In this document: piece by piece, positions 48,698-58,576 of the stretch | Layout of the letters: each line of letters begins with the position of its first letter | How positions within the stretch are numbered: the stretch's first letter is position 1 | Origin: an uncultured Bacilli bacterium | GTDB lineage: Bacteria > Bacillota_I > Bacilli_A > RF39 > UBA660 | Reading direction: 5' to 3' | Assembly: GCA_910586295.1 (NCBI GenBank) | Contig: CAJUGE010000090.1 | Coordinates: 1 to 62,217 of the forward strand | Length of the DNA: 62,217 nt | The notes under the pieces: model-generated | Databases searched by the model: none | The model's input: the letters and a program-made list of their open reading frames with translations, nothing else | What the model was told of the DNA's origin: nothing | Made by a program: the position numbers and the translations under genes

Positions 48698-50362
48698 ATG
48701 ACTAATGAAAGTCTAAATTTAGAAAGTAAAATACTAAAATTAGAAGGAATAATGGATGAGTTAGAAAGTATAGGTATTAATACTGCAGATAAGCGCGCTA
48801 CTCTTAATAGTACCATAAATAAGAAAGTAATTCTTGGAAATACTGCTTATGAAGAAATGTCTGAAGCTAATAAGTTACAGCTTTTAGAAAAAGTTACATC
48901 AGAGTTATTAGAATATAGTGATTTACTTAATATTTCTAGAATTATAAACTTTTTGACACTTGCTTCAGATGAATCTGCAGAAGAAAAAGTAGAAGAAACG
49001 ATGAAACTTATTAATTTATTAAGAGTTAATAGAGAAAAACTATCTACAAATCATAAATTATTAAGAAGAGTTTATAGTTCTATTTATGATGTCATAAAAA
49101 TGGAATATACTCTATATTTAAGAAGTGATATATTAGAAACTATTCTAGATAGTAAAGAAGATGTAGTAAATATAGAAGCTTTAGTAGAAAAAGATATAAT
49201 AGATTTAAAGAAGAATACATTTGTTGAAAGTAAAGAAGCTCTTGATTTACTATTAACAGAAGAAGCAAGAATCAAATTAAAAGAAATTAATCCGTCTTTA
49301 GTAACTGAAAAAATAATACTATTGCTTGTAATATGTACCAATAAAGAAAGAATGAGTGAGAACTTTAAAATGGAATTAGAATTCATTCTAAGAAGATTAT
49401 CGACTAACAGTAAAGCTATATCTAATAATACATTCTATGACCAAAAGTTTAGATTAACAAAGAGACTTTTAAATATTAAAAAAATTAGAGAAGACTATAA
49501 AAAGAAATTAATAGCTTTAGTTCTAAGTTTTAGCTTATTTACTGGAGTTTCTCTAACTTCTAACCTACTTATAAAAAGATTATGCACTAAAGAACTATTT
49601 AATACAACTAAAGAAACAATAGAATTAATAAACGGAGAATATTATAGAAATACTGATAACTATTATGGTACTAAAGTAAGTGAAGATGAAAAGATTGTTT
49701 TAAGATTGTATAATCAGTTATATACAAATACTAGAAACTTCACTGAATACGATTTAAAAAATGCTATTAAAGATACAGCAGAAAACTATTTGAATATTGA
49801 TTTAAATAGTGGTGGGGTTAGTGAAAAATTTGTTTTGAATGATGTTAAGAATTATGAAGATGATGAATTTTACTTAGAATTTTCTGAAGGCTATAGAGAA
49901 TTAACATTAATAGAACAAGACTTAAACGACGGTTATACAGACTACAATGAAAAGTTCCATTATATATCTCTTGCAATAATATATCTCGTATTACTTATAA
50001 GTGCATTTACGCCTATAGGACCCATTAAAAAGTTAAGAGAGATATTGGAGTTAAAGAAAGATTACAAAAGTAACATTAAAGACAGAGATAAAACTATAAA
50101 AATTATAGAAGAATATATTGATTCTTGCAAGCTTAAAGTAGAAGAAAATAAGTTACTAAAAGAAAAGATTAGAATAATGATTTCTAGTGGAATATTAGAA
50201 CTTGAAGAAGAAACACTTAAAGGAAATATAAAAAGATTATTAGATGAATTGGAACAAGGAACTGTAAAAAATTTAGATGAATTTCTAAGAGCAGTAGTGT
50301 CTAGAGAACATAGTTCACTAACAAATGAAGAAAATTATAAGAAGCTAAAAATAAAGGAGTAA
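48698..50362 (+). CDS. Array paralog 4 (same family)
   Basis: 8-nt gap. KKKLIALVLSFSLFTGVSL (TM1), NYLNIDLNSGG, LTLIEQD, ISLAIIYLVLLISAFTPIGPI (TM2). Confidence 0.7.
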   Translation: MTNESLNLESKILKLEGIMDELESIGINTADKRATLNSTINKKVILGNTAYEEMSEANKLQLLEKVTSELLEYSDLLNISRIINFLTLASDESAEEKVEETMKLINLLRVNREKLSTNHKLLRRVYSSIYDVIKMEYTLYLRSDILETILDSKEDVVNIEALVEKDIIDLKKNTFVESKEALDLLLTEEARIKLKEINPSLVTEKIILLLVICTNKERMSENFKMELEFILRRLSTNSKAISNNTFYDQKFRLTKRLLNIKKIREDYKKKLIALVLSFSLFTGVSLTSNLLIKRLCTKELFNTTKETIELINGEYYRNTDNYYGTKVSEDEKIVLRLYNQLYTNTRNFTEYDLKNAIKDTAENYLNIDLNSGGVSEKFVLNDVKNYEDDEFYLEFSEGYRELTLIEQDLNDGYTDYNEKFHYISLAIIYLVLLISAFTPIGPIKKLREILELKKDYKSNIKDRDKTIKIIEEYIDSCKLKVEENKLLKEKIRIMISSGILELEEETLKGNIKRLLDELEQGTVKNLDEFLRAVVSREHSSLTNEENYKKLKIKE

Positions 50363-50365
50363 GCT

Positions 50366-51961
50366 ATGCAGGAATATATGAATAGAGAAATGCAAGATGA
50401 AAGAGTAAATAAATTAATGGAATTTATGAGTATCTTAGAATCTACTGGAATTAATTTATCTGAACAAAGAGAATATTTAACTACTATATTAAACAGATGT
50501 AATGTTAATAGTAATACAAAAGAAGCATTAGAAATATTTGCTTATGAATTAGGAACTTTAACGGAAAATTTATCTTCTTATAAAAATTTAGTAAAGATTA
50601 TCAAAATGATAGAAGAACTAAAAGAACTGAATTACTCAGAAGAAAAAGAGGAACAGGTTCAAAGACTAATAGAACTATTAGAAGAATATAGAAGTAGTGT
50701 AGAAGTAGAATATCCTAAAAATATTATAGAGAGTGCTTTAAAATGTATATTAGATGAAATTAAAGAAGAAATAAAAAATCATTTAGATAGTAAGACATTT
50801 GATGTTGTTTCTAAAGATGAATTTTATACTAAATACTTTAATGAACTTATAAAAGAAGAAATAGAAGAACTAAAATCATTGTCATTCTTATGCTACCCTA
50901 AAATGTTGGAAACTTTGCAAGAGGAAATGAATAGATGTAAAAATCAATTATTTGATAAAAGACTAATAACTTCTCTAATCGCTTGCCAAGAAAAAGAAGA
51001 ATTAATGAATGCTACAAAACCTTATTGTCGTTCTAAAAGATATACACTAGATGCAAATAATTATAGGATAAAGTCATTAAGTGATAATGATAGTCTATAT
51101 GCTACGTTTGAATCTTTAAAAAAATATAAAGAATTAATATTTAAAGCTAAAAAACGAGTACCATCTTTATTATTAACTGGTATTTTACTTTCTGGTATTT
51201 CTTTAGGAGTACCACAATTTGCAAAAAAATTCAGTATAAAATCTTCATATAAAACAACTACAGAGAAATATAGTTTAGACTCAGATGTTCATAATGAAAG
51301 CCCCTTAGAAAGTTTTGAAGAGTTACTAAATGAGAATGGACTTCAAGTAACTATGACTGTACAAGGTGAATTAACAAAAATAAATCATAATCATTATCAT
51401 AGAACAGAAACAGTATATGATGTAACATCTAAGGGTGTAGAAGAACCTTATTATTATCTTTATTTAGATTTAGAAAATAATTCTGAAATAACTAAGATAT
51501 CTGAAACCACTTTAGAATGTACTGATGAAGAGTATACTGATGAAATAAGAAATCTTACAATTATTAAGCAAGATTTGGAAAATAAAGAAGACTATACTGA
51601 CGAAGAATTATATAAAGAACTTTGTAGTTTATCTTATATAACAATACTAGCATCTTCTTTAATTCCAGGTTTTCCAATATTTAATTTAATTAGTATAACG
51701 CTAGATTTAATAGAAGCACATCGAAACAAAGAGCATTTTAAAAAATATTTAAACTTACTTAGTGAAGAATTAGAAGAGTGTCATAAGAAAATCTTAGAAA
51801 ATGAAGAAATTAGAGATTATTATAACTTTTTATTAAATAGTGGTATAATGAATAAAAGAGATGATATAGTAGAAATGCTATTGAGCGAATTAGTTTATTA
51901 TCAGAAAAAGATGGAATCTAGAGAAAAAGAAGCATTAGAGTTAAAGAAAATAAAAATGTAA
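50366..51961 (+). CDS. Array paralog 5 (same family)
   Basis: 3-nt gap. TM1 SLLLTGILLSGISLGV, YKTTTEKY, YYLYLDLENNS, LTIIKQD, TM2 ITILASSLIPGFPIFNLISI. Confidence 0.7.
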   Translation: MQEYMNREMQDERVNKLMEFMSILESTGINLSEQREYLTTILNRCNVNSNTKEALEIFAYELGTLTENLSSYKNLVKIIKMIEELKELNYSEEKEEQVQRLIELLEEYRSSVEVEYPKNIIESALKCILDEIKEEIKNHLDSKTFDVVSKDEFYTKYFNELIKEEIEELKSLSFLCYPKMLETLQEEMNRCKNQLFDKRLITSLIACQEKEELMNATKPYCRSKRYTLDANNYRIKSLSDNDSLYATFESLKKYKELIFKAKKRVPSLLLTGILLSGISLGVPQFAKKFSIKSSYKTTTEKYSLDSDVHNESPLESFEELLNENGLQVTMTVQGELTKINHNHYHRTETVYDVTSKGVEEPYYYLYLDLENNSEITKISETTLECTDEEYTDEIRNLTIIKQDLENKEDYTDEELYKELCSLSYITILASSLIPGFPIFNLISITLDLIEAHRNKEHFKKYLNLLSEELEECHKKILENEEIRDYYNFLLNSGIMNKRDDIVEMLLSELVYYQKKMESREKEALELKKIKM

Positions 51962-51972
51962 GTGGAGGATTT

Positions 51973-53589
51973 ATGGAAGGACAAGTATTAAATAGCTTAG
52001 AAGCTTTAATAAAGGAAGAAACACCTTTAAGACTATATGAAGCTAAAAAGATGGAAATAGATAATTTATTAAAAGAAATAAAATATAATGGATATGATGT
52101 ATCAGACTTAGAGAATGAATATCATAGTATAGATATTTCAAATGATATAACTATAGATAGGATTTTGTGTAAGTTAAAGGTTATAAGAATGTATTCACAT
52201 AAAATAGTGGTACTAAAATATATTGCTACTTCTTTAGAAAGTGATACCTATGATTTAATAGATTTAAAACATAGATACTTTGAAGCGTTGTCTTATATGA
52301 GAAACAGTGAATTATTTATTACTCAAAGAGAAGAAAGTACAAGGCATTTACTATATGAAGTGGGGTATAAGCTAATAGAAAAGGAAATAATACACACAAG
52401 TAGAAGCGACATATTAAATGAAATATTAACTAATGATTATGATACTATGAATCTAAATCTTATAATTATAGATATTTTAGAAAAAATAAATGGAATAACT
52501 TATGCAAATCCAAAAAGTTTAAAATCACTTATTGATTTAATATCAAGAAAAAAGGAACAAGAAGACTTCAAGAGTTATGTTGACATAGACATAATAACAG
52601 GTATAATTATTGTTACCAATTCTCAAGAATTATTAATTAACCTTGAACCATCTACTAAAGATGCACTTAATAATCTCGAAAGAAATGTGAATAGTTTACA
52701 GTTTTATCAGGGCTTTTATAACACAGCGGGATTTGTAAAACGCGAAAATGAAAAACGTGTAAAATACATAAAGAAAATTAAAGTGAAAACTGTATCTGGA
52801 CTTCTTGCACTAGGCCTTTTATTTGGTTTATATAATTTTTGGCTGTCTAAAAGTATAGAAAAAGATTCAATGCTCTATAATGTTGAGACAACAGTATATG
52901 AAGATTCTTTAGAACCTGTGACTACATATGAAGTTGGTAGGCATGAAAAAGATACATTAGTTTTAGAAGTGTATAAAAATGAAGTGAATGATAAAGGACA
53001 AACTGTTAGATATAAATATACATATGATGAAAAGAAATTAAAGAATATTAATATAGATGAGCTTGATTATCAAACTATTGATTTAACAGGAATAAAAGAA
53101 AGTAAAAAGGAGGTTTATGAAGAAAACCCTACAGAAACAGAAGAAAAAGTAATATTTAGGATAATAACTGCAGATAAAGAAGAAGTTTTGAGTATAGATG
53201 AAGATTATAAACAAATGAGAATTATTTCTCTTTGGGCTACATGGATATTACTCTCTTTTATACCTAATGGATTTGGTAATTCCATAATTTGCATAATAAT
53301 AAACTTAATAAAATATTTAAAATCAAACAAACCTTTTAAAGCGCTAAAAGAACAAGTAGATAAAGAATTAGTAGAAATAACTACCGCAATATCAAAAAGT
53401 GAATCAGCCTTAGAAGAATATGACAGATTACTTAAATTATTTGAAATGTTAAGCGAGGTAGAAGAAGTAGACAATCAAGAATTATTAGATTACTATAAAA
53501 AAGAATTAAATAAATATAAAGAAGAATTATCTTATAACATCAAAGGAGTAGAAGGACATAAAAAGGAATTAAAGTTAGGTGGTGCTTAA
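51973..53589 (+). CDS. Array paralog 6 (same family)
   Basis: 11-nt gap. TM1 [39 protein letters not shown]2 region [28 protein letters not shown]. Confidence 0.7.
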   Translation: MEGQVLNSLEALIKEETPLRLYEAKKMEIDNLLKEIKYNGYDVSDLENEYHSIDISNDITIDRILCKLKVIRMYSHKIVVLKYIATSLESDTYDLIDLKHRYFEALSYMRNSELFITQREESTRHLLYEVGYKLIEKEIIHTSRSDILNEILTNDYDTMNLNLIIIDILEKINGITYANPKSLKSLIDLISRKKEQEDFKSYVDIDIITGIIIVTNSQELLINLEPSTKDALNNLERNVNSLQFYQGFYNTAGFVKRENEKRVKYIKKIKVKTVSGLLALGLLFGLYNFWLSKSIEKDSMLYNVETTVYEDSLEPVTTYEVGRHEKDTLVLEVYKNEVNDKGQTVRYKYTYDEKKLKNINIDELDYQTIDLTGIKESKKEVYEENPTETEEKVIFRIITADKEEVLSIDEDYKQMRIISLWATWILLSFIPNGFGNSIICIIINLIKYLKSNKPFKALKEQVDKELVEITTAISKSESALEEYDRLLKLFEMLSEVEEVDNQELLDYYKKELNKYKEELSYNIKGVEGHKKELKLGGA

Positions 53590-53591
53590 GA

Positions 53592-54638
53592 ATGGAAGAA
53601 AAATATAATTTAGATTATTATGACTATGATTTACCAGAAGAACTAATTGCGCAGACACCATTAAAAAATAGAAGCAGTTCAAAATTATTAGTTTTAAATA
53701 AAAATACTGGTGAATTAAAAGATGATACATTTGAAAATATTACTTCTTATTTAAAGAGTGGAGATGTTCTTGTACTTAATGATACAAAAGTTATACCTGC
53801 AAGATTGATTGGTACAAAAGAAACTACAAATGCTACAATAGAGTTGTTACTTCTTAAGAATGTAGAGAACGACACTTGGGAATGTTTAGCAAAGCCGGCT
53901 AAAAGACTTCATGAAAATACTATTATTTCATTTGGTAATGGTGAATTGAAAGCTAAAGTTATAAAGAAAAAAGAAGAAGGATTAGTAGAAGTAGAACTTC
54001 TTTATGATGGAATACTATATGAAGTATTAGATAATCTTGGTTCTATGCCACTTCCACCTTATATTCATGAATGCTTAGAAGACAAAGATAGGTATCAGAC
54101 AGTATATGCAAAAAATCTTGGAAGTGCTGCCGCACCTACTGCTGGGCTTCATTTTACAGATGATTTGTTAAATAAACTAAAAGAAAATGGAATAACTATA
54201 ACTTATGTAACATTACATGTAGGATTAGGCACTTTTAGACCAGTAAATACTGATAATATACTTAACCATGATATGCATAGTGAGACTTATATGATGAGTG
54301 AATATACAGCAGACATTCTAAATAAAGCAAAAGAAGAAAACAGAAGAATAATCGCAGTAGGAACAACTAGCACAAGAACATTAGAAAGTATAATAACTAA
54401 ACATGGTAAATTCACTGAATGTATGGAAGACACTAACATATTTATATATCCAGGATATAAATTTAAAGCAGTATCTGCTCTTATTACTAATTTTCACTTA
54501 CCAAAAAGTACACTGGTCATGTTAGTAAGTGCGCTTTCTACTAGAGATTACATACTAAATGCATATAATCATGCAATAAAGAATAAATATAGATTTTTCT
54601 CATTTGGAGATGCTATGTTTATAACAGACGAATTATAG
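53592..54638 (+). CDS. queA: S-adenosylmethionine:tRNA ribosyltransferase-isomerase
   Basis: [37 protein letters not shown] and VGTTSTR are QueA signatures. Confidence 0.92.
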   Translation: MEEKYNLDYYDYDLPEELIAQTPLKNRSSSKLLVLNKNTGELKDDTFENITSYLKSGDVLVLNDTKVIPARLIGTKETTNATIELLLLKNVENDTWECLAKPAKRLHENTIISFGNGELKAKVIKKKEEGLVEVELLYDGILYEVLDNLGSMPLPPYIHECLEDKDRYQTVYAKNLGSAAAPTAGLHFTDDLLNKLKENGITITYVTLHVGLGTFRPVNTDNILNHDMHSETYMMSEYTADILNKAKEENRRIIAVGTTSTRTLESIITKHGKFTECMEDTNIFIYPGYKFKAVSALITNFHLPKSTLVMLVSALSTRDYILNAYNHAIKNKYRFFSFGDAMFITDEL

Positions 54639-54647
54639 GAGAAAAAT

Positions 54648-56276
54648 ATGAATAAAGCAGAATTAGAGATAAAAAATATGTTAAGAGAATTAAAAAAGAT
54701 TGGAATAGATACACTAGAATATGAACAAGAATTAGAAAGTTTAATAAGTTTAAACACAAACTCTAATCATCTTTCTGAGCAAGCAATGCTAAAAACTGGC
54801 AAGACACTTAGAATTACAGAGTTAAATGCAAAAATAAGTGTATATTCATCTTATTTAGAACTTTATAAAATATTAGAATACTTAGAAAAAGGAGAACCTA
54901 CTTTAGAAGAAAGAATAGAATTGTGCATGCATATATTGCTTGTAATAGGAAGCAAAGATGAAAAAATAATGTCTTCTAATCAATTACTAAAACGTGCATA
55001 CACTTTAATCTTTGATACCATAAAACAAGAATTAAAAGAAACATTATATAGTAAAATATTTGATATAGTAGTGACTAGTGATTACGATAAATTATATTTG
55101 GGAGAAATAGTAAGAGAAGAAATAGAAAGGATAAAAGAAAGTACATTTGTAATTAATTTAGACTACTTAGATTCTCTTATTAAAGAAGAAATAAAATCTA
55201 ATATGTCTTCTCCTAGTAATTATGTAACACTTTCTTTAATAACTAAAATTGTGAAATGTGAGAGTGGTGACGAATTAAAAGAAACTATTGATAGAACACT
55301 ACAAGATACTTTCCCAAAGTTAATTGATAGAAATGCTATGCTTAATGAATCTTTAAATGGGGATGTTATTAAAAGGAAGTTTCTAGACACTATAAGTGAG
55401 CTTTTAGATGATATAGAAAATTATAAAATAGATATTATAGGAAGAATCATATCTGGAGTTTTAACTACATCTTTAATTTTTGGTGTTGGTATAGGTGGAA
55501 CAAGACAATTGAAAAAATGGTTGACAAAAGAATACTATGAAACAACAAAAGTGACAACAGTGATGGATGAAACTATACACGAACCTAGAGTTGATACATA
55601 CTATGACACACTAGTAGAAGAAAAAGATAGATTATTATTAGAAGTGGATGAGAAAGCTTTGCTTAAAGGTACACTAGACGAGCCATATAGAAGATTATAT
55701 AGTATCTATTATTTAAAAGATGTTATAAAGGAAACAGACCTTGAATATTTGACTATAGATTTAGAAAGTCCAGGAATTGTACTTAAAAGGAAATACTATA
55801 CAAGAGAAGAGGCAAATGAATACTCTGGAGAAATAAAAAAACTATATAGGATAACTCAAGGTGAAACCCCAGAATATAGTGAATATTCTAAAGGATGGCA
55901 TAGATTCTTATGTACAGTATTATATGTAGCATTATTTGCTTCTAGTTTTATACCATACTTTCCTATAAATGACATAATAAAAATACTAGATGATTTAAAA
56001 AAATCTGAAGAAAAAGAAGATCTTTATAATAGTCTTGGCTCAGAACTTAAAGACCTTTTAAATGAATGTATGAGAGTTATTAATAAAAGTGATGAATTAA
56101 TAAGTATTTATAATAAAGTACTTGAGAGTGGAGTACTAGAAAAAGATACAGATGATTTAACCCAAGACATTAATAACTTAATCTTCCAAATCAAAGCAAA
56201 AGAAGAGATGATTTACAAAAGCCAAACAGAGTTAAGTGAGTTGGAAGCACATTTTTTAAGATTGAATAAAGACTAA
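54648..56276 (+). CDS. Array paralog 7 (same family), downstream of queA
   Basis: 9-nt gap after queA. MLRELKKIGIDTLEYEQELES N-motif. TM1 IISGVLTTSLIFGVGIGG, YYETTKVTTV, LEYLTIDLESPG, TM2 LCTVLYVALFASSFIPYFPI. Confidence 0.7.
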   Translation: MNKAELEIKNMLRELKKIGIDTLEYEQELESLISLNTNSNHLSEQAMLKTGKTLRITELNAKISVYSSYLELYKILEYLEKGEPTLEERIELCMHILLVIGSKDEKIMSSNQLLKRAYTLIFDTIKQELKETLYSKIFDIVVTSDYDKLYLGEIVREEIERIKESTFVINLDYLDSLIKEEIKSNMSSPSNYVTLSLITKIVKCESGDELKETIDRTLQDTFPKLIDRNAMLNESLNGDVIKRKFLDTISELLDDIENYKIDIIGRIISGVLTTSLIFGVGIGGTRQLKKWLTKEYYETTKVTTVMDETIHEPRVDTYYDTLVEEKDRLLLEVDEKALLKGTLDEPYRRLYSIYYLKDVIKETDLEYLTIDLESPGIVLKRKYYTREEANEYSGEIKKLYRITQGETPEYSEYSKGWHRFLCTVLYVALFASSFIPYFPINDIIKILDDLKKSEEKEDLYNSLGSELKDLLNECMRVINKSDELISIYNKVLESGVLEKDTDDLTQDINNLIFQIKAKEEMIYKSQTELSELEAHFLRLNKD

Positions 56277-56309
56277 AAATATGTGTTATGATCCGACTTA
56301 TTGGAGAAA

Positions 56310-56429
56310 ATGTTAGTGAAATGTAGAAATAGAATAATATTAGCTTTAACTGGTACATTATTACTTTGTGGATGTGGTTCAGTAGTTGAAGGACAAGAAA
56401 AAAGAGAAAGAAACTATAAAAGTATTTGA
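56310..56429 (+). CDS. Possible 39-aa lipoprotein (not in the ORF track)
   Basis: SD ggag 4 nt before the ATG. MLVKCRNRIILALTGTLLLCGCGS has a signal peptide and a lipobox-like LLLCG. A hairpin and T-run follow. Confidence 0.3.
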   Translation: MLVKCRNRIILALTGTLLLCGCGSVVEGQEKRERNYKSI

Positions 56430-56489
56430 AAAAGGGAAACATATAAAAAAGCCTCGCCAATATTGACGGGGTTTTAACATGACTAAAAA

Positions 56490-56699
56490 TTATTCTTTAG
56501 CAGTTTTCTCAAAAGGCATTAATAGTAAACCTATATTTATAATACCAGCAAGGCCTACAAAAGTATAAACAACTTTAGTAAATAAAGTATCTACACCAAA
56601 AATAGCTTCAACTATATTAAAGTTAAATAAACCTACAAGTCCCCAGTTTAAAGCTCCTATAATAGTTAAACCTAGTGCTATCTTTTGTACTGTTTGCAT
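56490..56699 (-). CDS. DUF378-family small membrane protein
   Basis: IALGLTIIGALNWGLVGLFNFNIVEAIFG is the typical DUF378 signature. Confidence 0.7.
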   Translation of the reverse strand: MQTVQKIALGLTIIGALNWGLVGLFNFNIVEAIFGVDTLFTKVVYTFVGLAGIINIGLLLMPFEKTAKE

Positions 56700-56806
56700 A
56701 TATACCTCCTCCCAGTTATTATTAGTTTAATCTTTTTTGACCATTTTATTCATAAAGTAATTAAACTCTAATATAATTAAGTGTAAATAATTAAAGGAGG
56801 GTTATT

Positions 56807-57790
56807 TTGAAAAAGTTTTTAGTGGTACTCATTTCTTTACTACTATTGGTAGGATGTGGTAAAAAAGAAAGTAATATAGTAGAAAACTTTCAAAACACAG
56901 TTAATAAACTAAACAATTATCACTTAACAGGAGAAATGGAATTAGTAAACAATGAAGAAAAATATAACTATAAAGTCGATGTAGTATACAAAAAAGGAAA
57001 TTATTACAAAGTTTCATTAGTAAATAAAGAAAATGAGCATGAACAAATAATACTTAAGAATGAGGAAGGAGTATACATAGTTACACCAAGTCTAAATAAG
57101 AGTTTTAAATTCCAAAGTGAATGGCCAACCAATAGCAGTCAATCATATATACTAGAAACATTAGTAAATGATTTATTAGAAGATTCAGAAAGAAGTGTAA
57201 AAGAAGACAATGATACATATATAGTAACAAGTAAGGTAAACTATCCAAATAATAGTGAACTAACTAACCAAGTAATAACATTTAATGACAAATATTTACC
57301 TACAAAAGTAGTCGTAAATAATTCTAAAGGACTAGCACAAATAACAATGAACATAACAAATATAGATACTAAAAGTAAATTTGATAAAGAATACTTTGCA
57401 CTAAATAACAGTGTATGTAAAGACTGTAAGACTGAAACAACTGGAAAAGAACTAGAAGACATAGTATATCCAATGTACTTACCTAGTGGAACTACTTATA
57501 GTGGAGAAGAGACTATAAAAGAAGATGGAAGTGAGAGAGTAATTCTTACTTACACTGGTCTTAAACCATTTATACTAATTGAAGAAGCAAGTAATGCATC
57601 TAAAGAACATGAAACAACTGCTGTAAGTGGAGAAGTAGTACAATATGGTAACGTAGTAGGAGTACTAACTGAGACTTCCTTAAATTGGAGTACAGCAGGT
57701 AGAGAATACTACATAATTGGAGATAGTCTTTCAAAGGAAGAAATTCTTCAAATAGCAAGTAGTACTGCAACAGTAGCATTAACTAAATAA
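56807..57790 (+). CDS. Lipoprotein (LolA-fold/DUF4367-like, tentative)
   Basis: TTG start with the SD aaaggaggg. Lipobox LLLVGC. The protein looks beta-rich. Confidence 0.55.
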   Translation: MKKFLVVLISLLLLVGCGKKESNIVENFQNTVNKLNNYHLTGEMELVNNEEKYNYKVDVVYKKGNYYKVSLVNKENEHEQIILKNEEGVYIVTPSLNKSFKFQSEWPTNSSQSYILETLVNDLLEDSERSVKEDNDTYIVTSKVNYPNNSELTNQVITFNDKYLPTKVVVNNSKGLAQITMNITNIDTKSKFDKEYFALNNSVCKDCKTETTGKELEDIVYPMYLPSGTTYSGEETIKEDGSERVILTYTGLKPFILIEEASNASKEHETTAVSGEVVQYGNVVGVLTETSLNWSTAGREYYIIGDSLSKEEILQIASSTATVALTK

Positions 57791-57808
57791 GGGGTTAACC
57801 CTTTTTTC
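57789..57808 (+). terminator. Rho-independent terminator
   Basis: aaggg / ccctt stem followed by TTTTT. Confidence 0.5.
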
Positions 57809-58009
57809 TTTTGAATATTGATGTAAAAGAGAAAGTAATAATTATAATAAGACACTAACAAACATAGAATAAAGAAGATTAGTGAAGAAATAAGTTATGC
57901 TAGTGGTCAGATATATGGTTACTGTTACTAAAAATGGATTTGAATCGATTTTTTCTTGTAAAAGATATTATCCTGTGATAGAATTAAGATGTAAATCGTT
58001 ATTATTGGA

Positions 58010-58192
58010 CGAGGTAAATAATGAGTATTTTTTAGAGAGTTAGTGGTTGGTGTAAACTAATAATATAGTTATTTATTACTACCAATATAGAGAGATTAAT
58101 AATCTGCGTTAATAAGACGTTATACTTATAAAGAGCGAAACCAAGGACTGGTACTGTGCGCAATTAAGCACTCCTTATAAGGAGGTTTTTTT
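58010..58192 (+). promoter_or_regulatory. T-box riboswitch leader, threonine specifier (ACC)
   Basis: AGAGAG box (58034-39) and distal-loop GGUGUAA (58049-55). Candidate specifier ACC+A (58081-84), with ACU adjacent. T-box sequence aaaccaaGGAcUGGUAcuGUGCG (58138-60). Antiterminator aagga[cUGGUAcu]gtgc-loop-gcac-tcctt. Competing terminator ctcct-tata-aggag + T7 (58171-92). Confidence 0.7.
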
Positions 58193-58210
58193 GTTAAGAA
58201 GGAGGTAAAT

Positions 58211-58414
58211 ATGAATCCTAGAGACATAGATAAAGAAGTTAGCCGTTTGGTTATGGAAAAACATTTACTTACATTGAGTATGAATCGAACGACAAATGAA
58301 GAAGAAAAGAAAGAAATAAAGAAAAGATTAATTAGGCTTAATGCTGAAATTAGAAAAACAAAGTCTAAATATGACCAAATACAAGTAGGAGTAGAGGAGG
58401 AAGTGAAAAAATGA
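58211..58414 (+). CDS. Small charged coiled-coil protein (67 aa) between the T-box and thrS
   Basis: Strong SD aaggagg 7 nt upstream. The stop overlaps the next start (ATGA). Confidence 0.5.
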   Translation: MNPRDIDKEVSRLVMEKHLLTLSMNRTTNEEEKKEIKKRLIRLNAEIRKTKSKYDQIQVGVEEEVKK

Positions 58415-58575
58415 AAAAAAGTTTTAAATCAACTTATAGGAAATTATTATGTAATAATCCAGCTAAAGCAAGAAAGCATAAAATTTTACTTTTAACTGGT
58501 TATAGAAACTTTTTAGAAGAAATAAGATACTTAAAAAGGAATTCAAATAGACTAGTAAGGAAAGAAGGAAGATAA
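58411..58575 (+). CDS. Small basic protein (54 aa; not in the ORF track)
   Basis: Start overlaps the previous stop. SD ggagga upstream. Ends 1 nt before the thrS ATG. Reads MKKSFKSTYRKLLCNNPAKARKHKILLLTGYRNFLEEIRYLKRNSNRLVRKEGR. Confidence 0.4.
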   Translation: MKKSFKSTYRKLLCNNPAKARKHKILLLTGYRNFLEEIRYLKRNSNRLVRKEGR

Positions 58576-58576
58576 A

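Noticed and set aside
57880-57955. A 10-nt match (agttatgcta) to the IS left-end repeat, plus loose similarity to the interior of the 19070-19310 element.
   Set aside because: The match is too short and degenerate to separate from chance in AT-rich DNA without a computed alignment. No RE-like partner is nearby.
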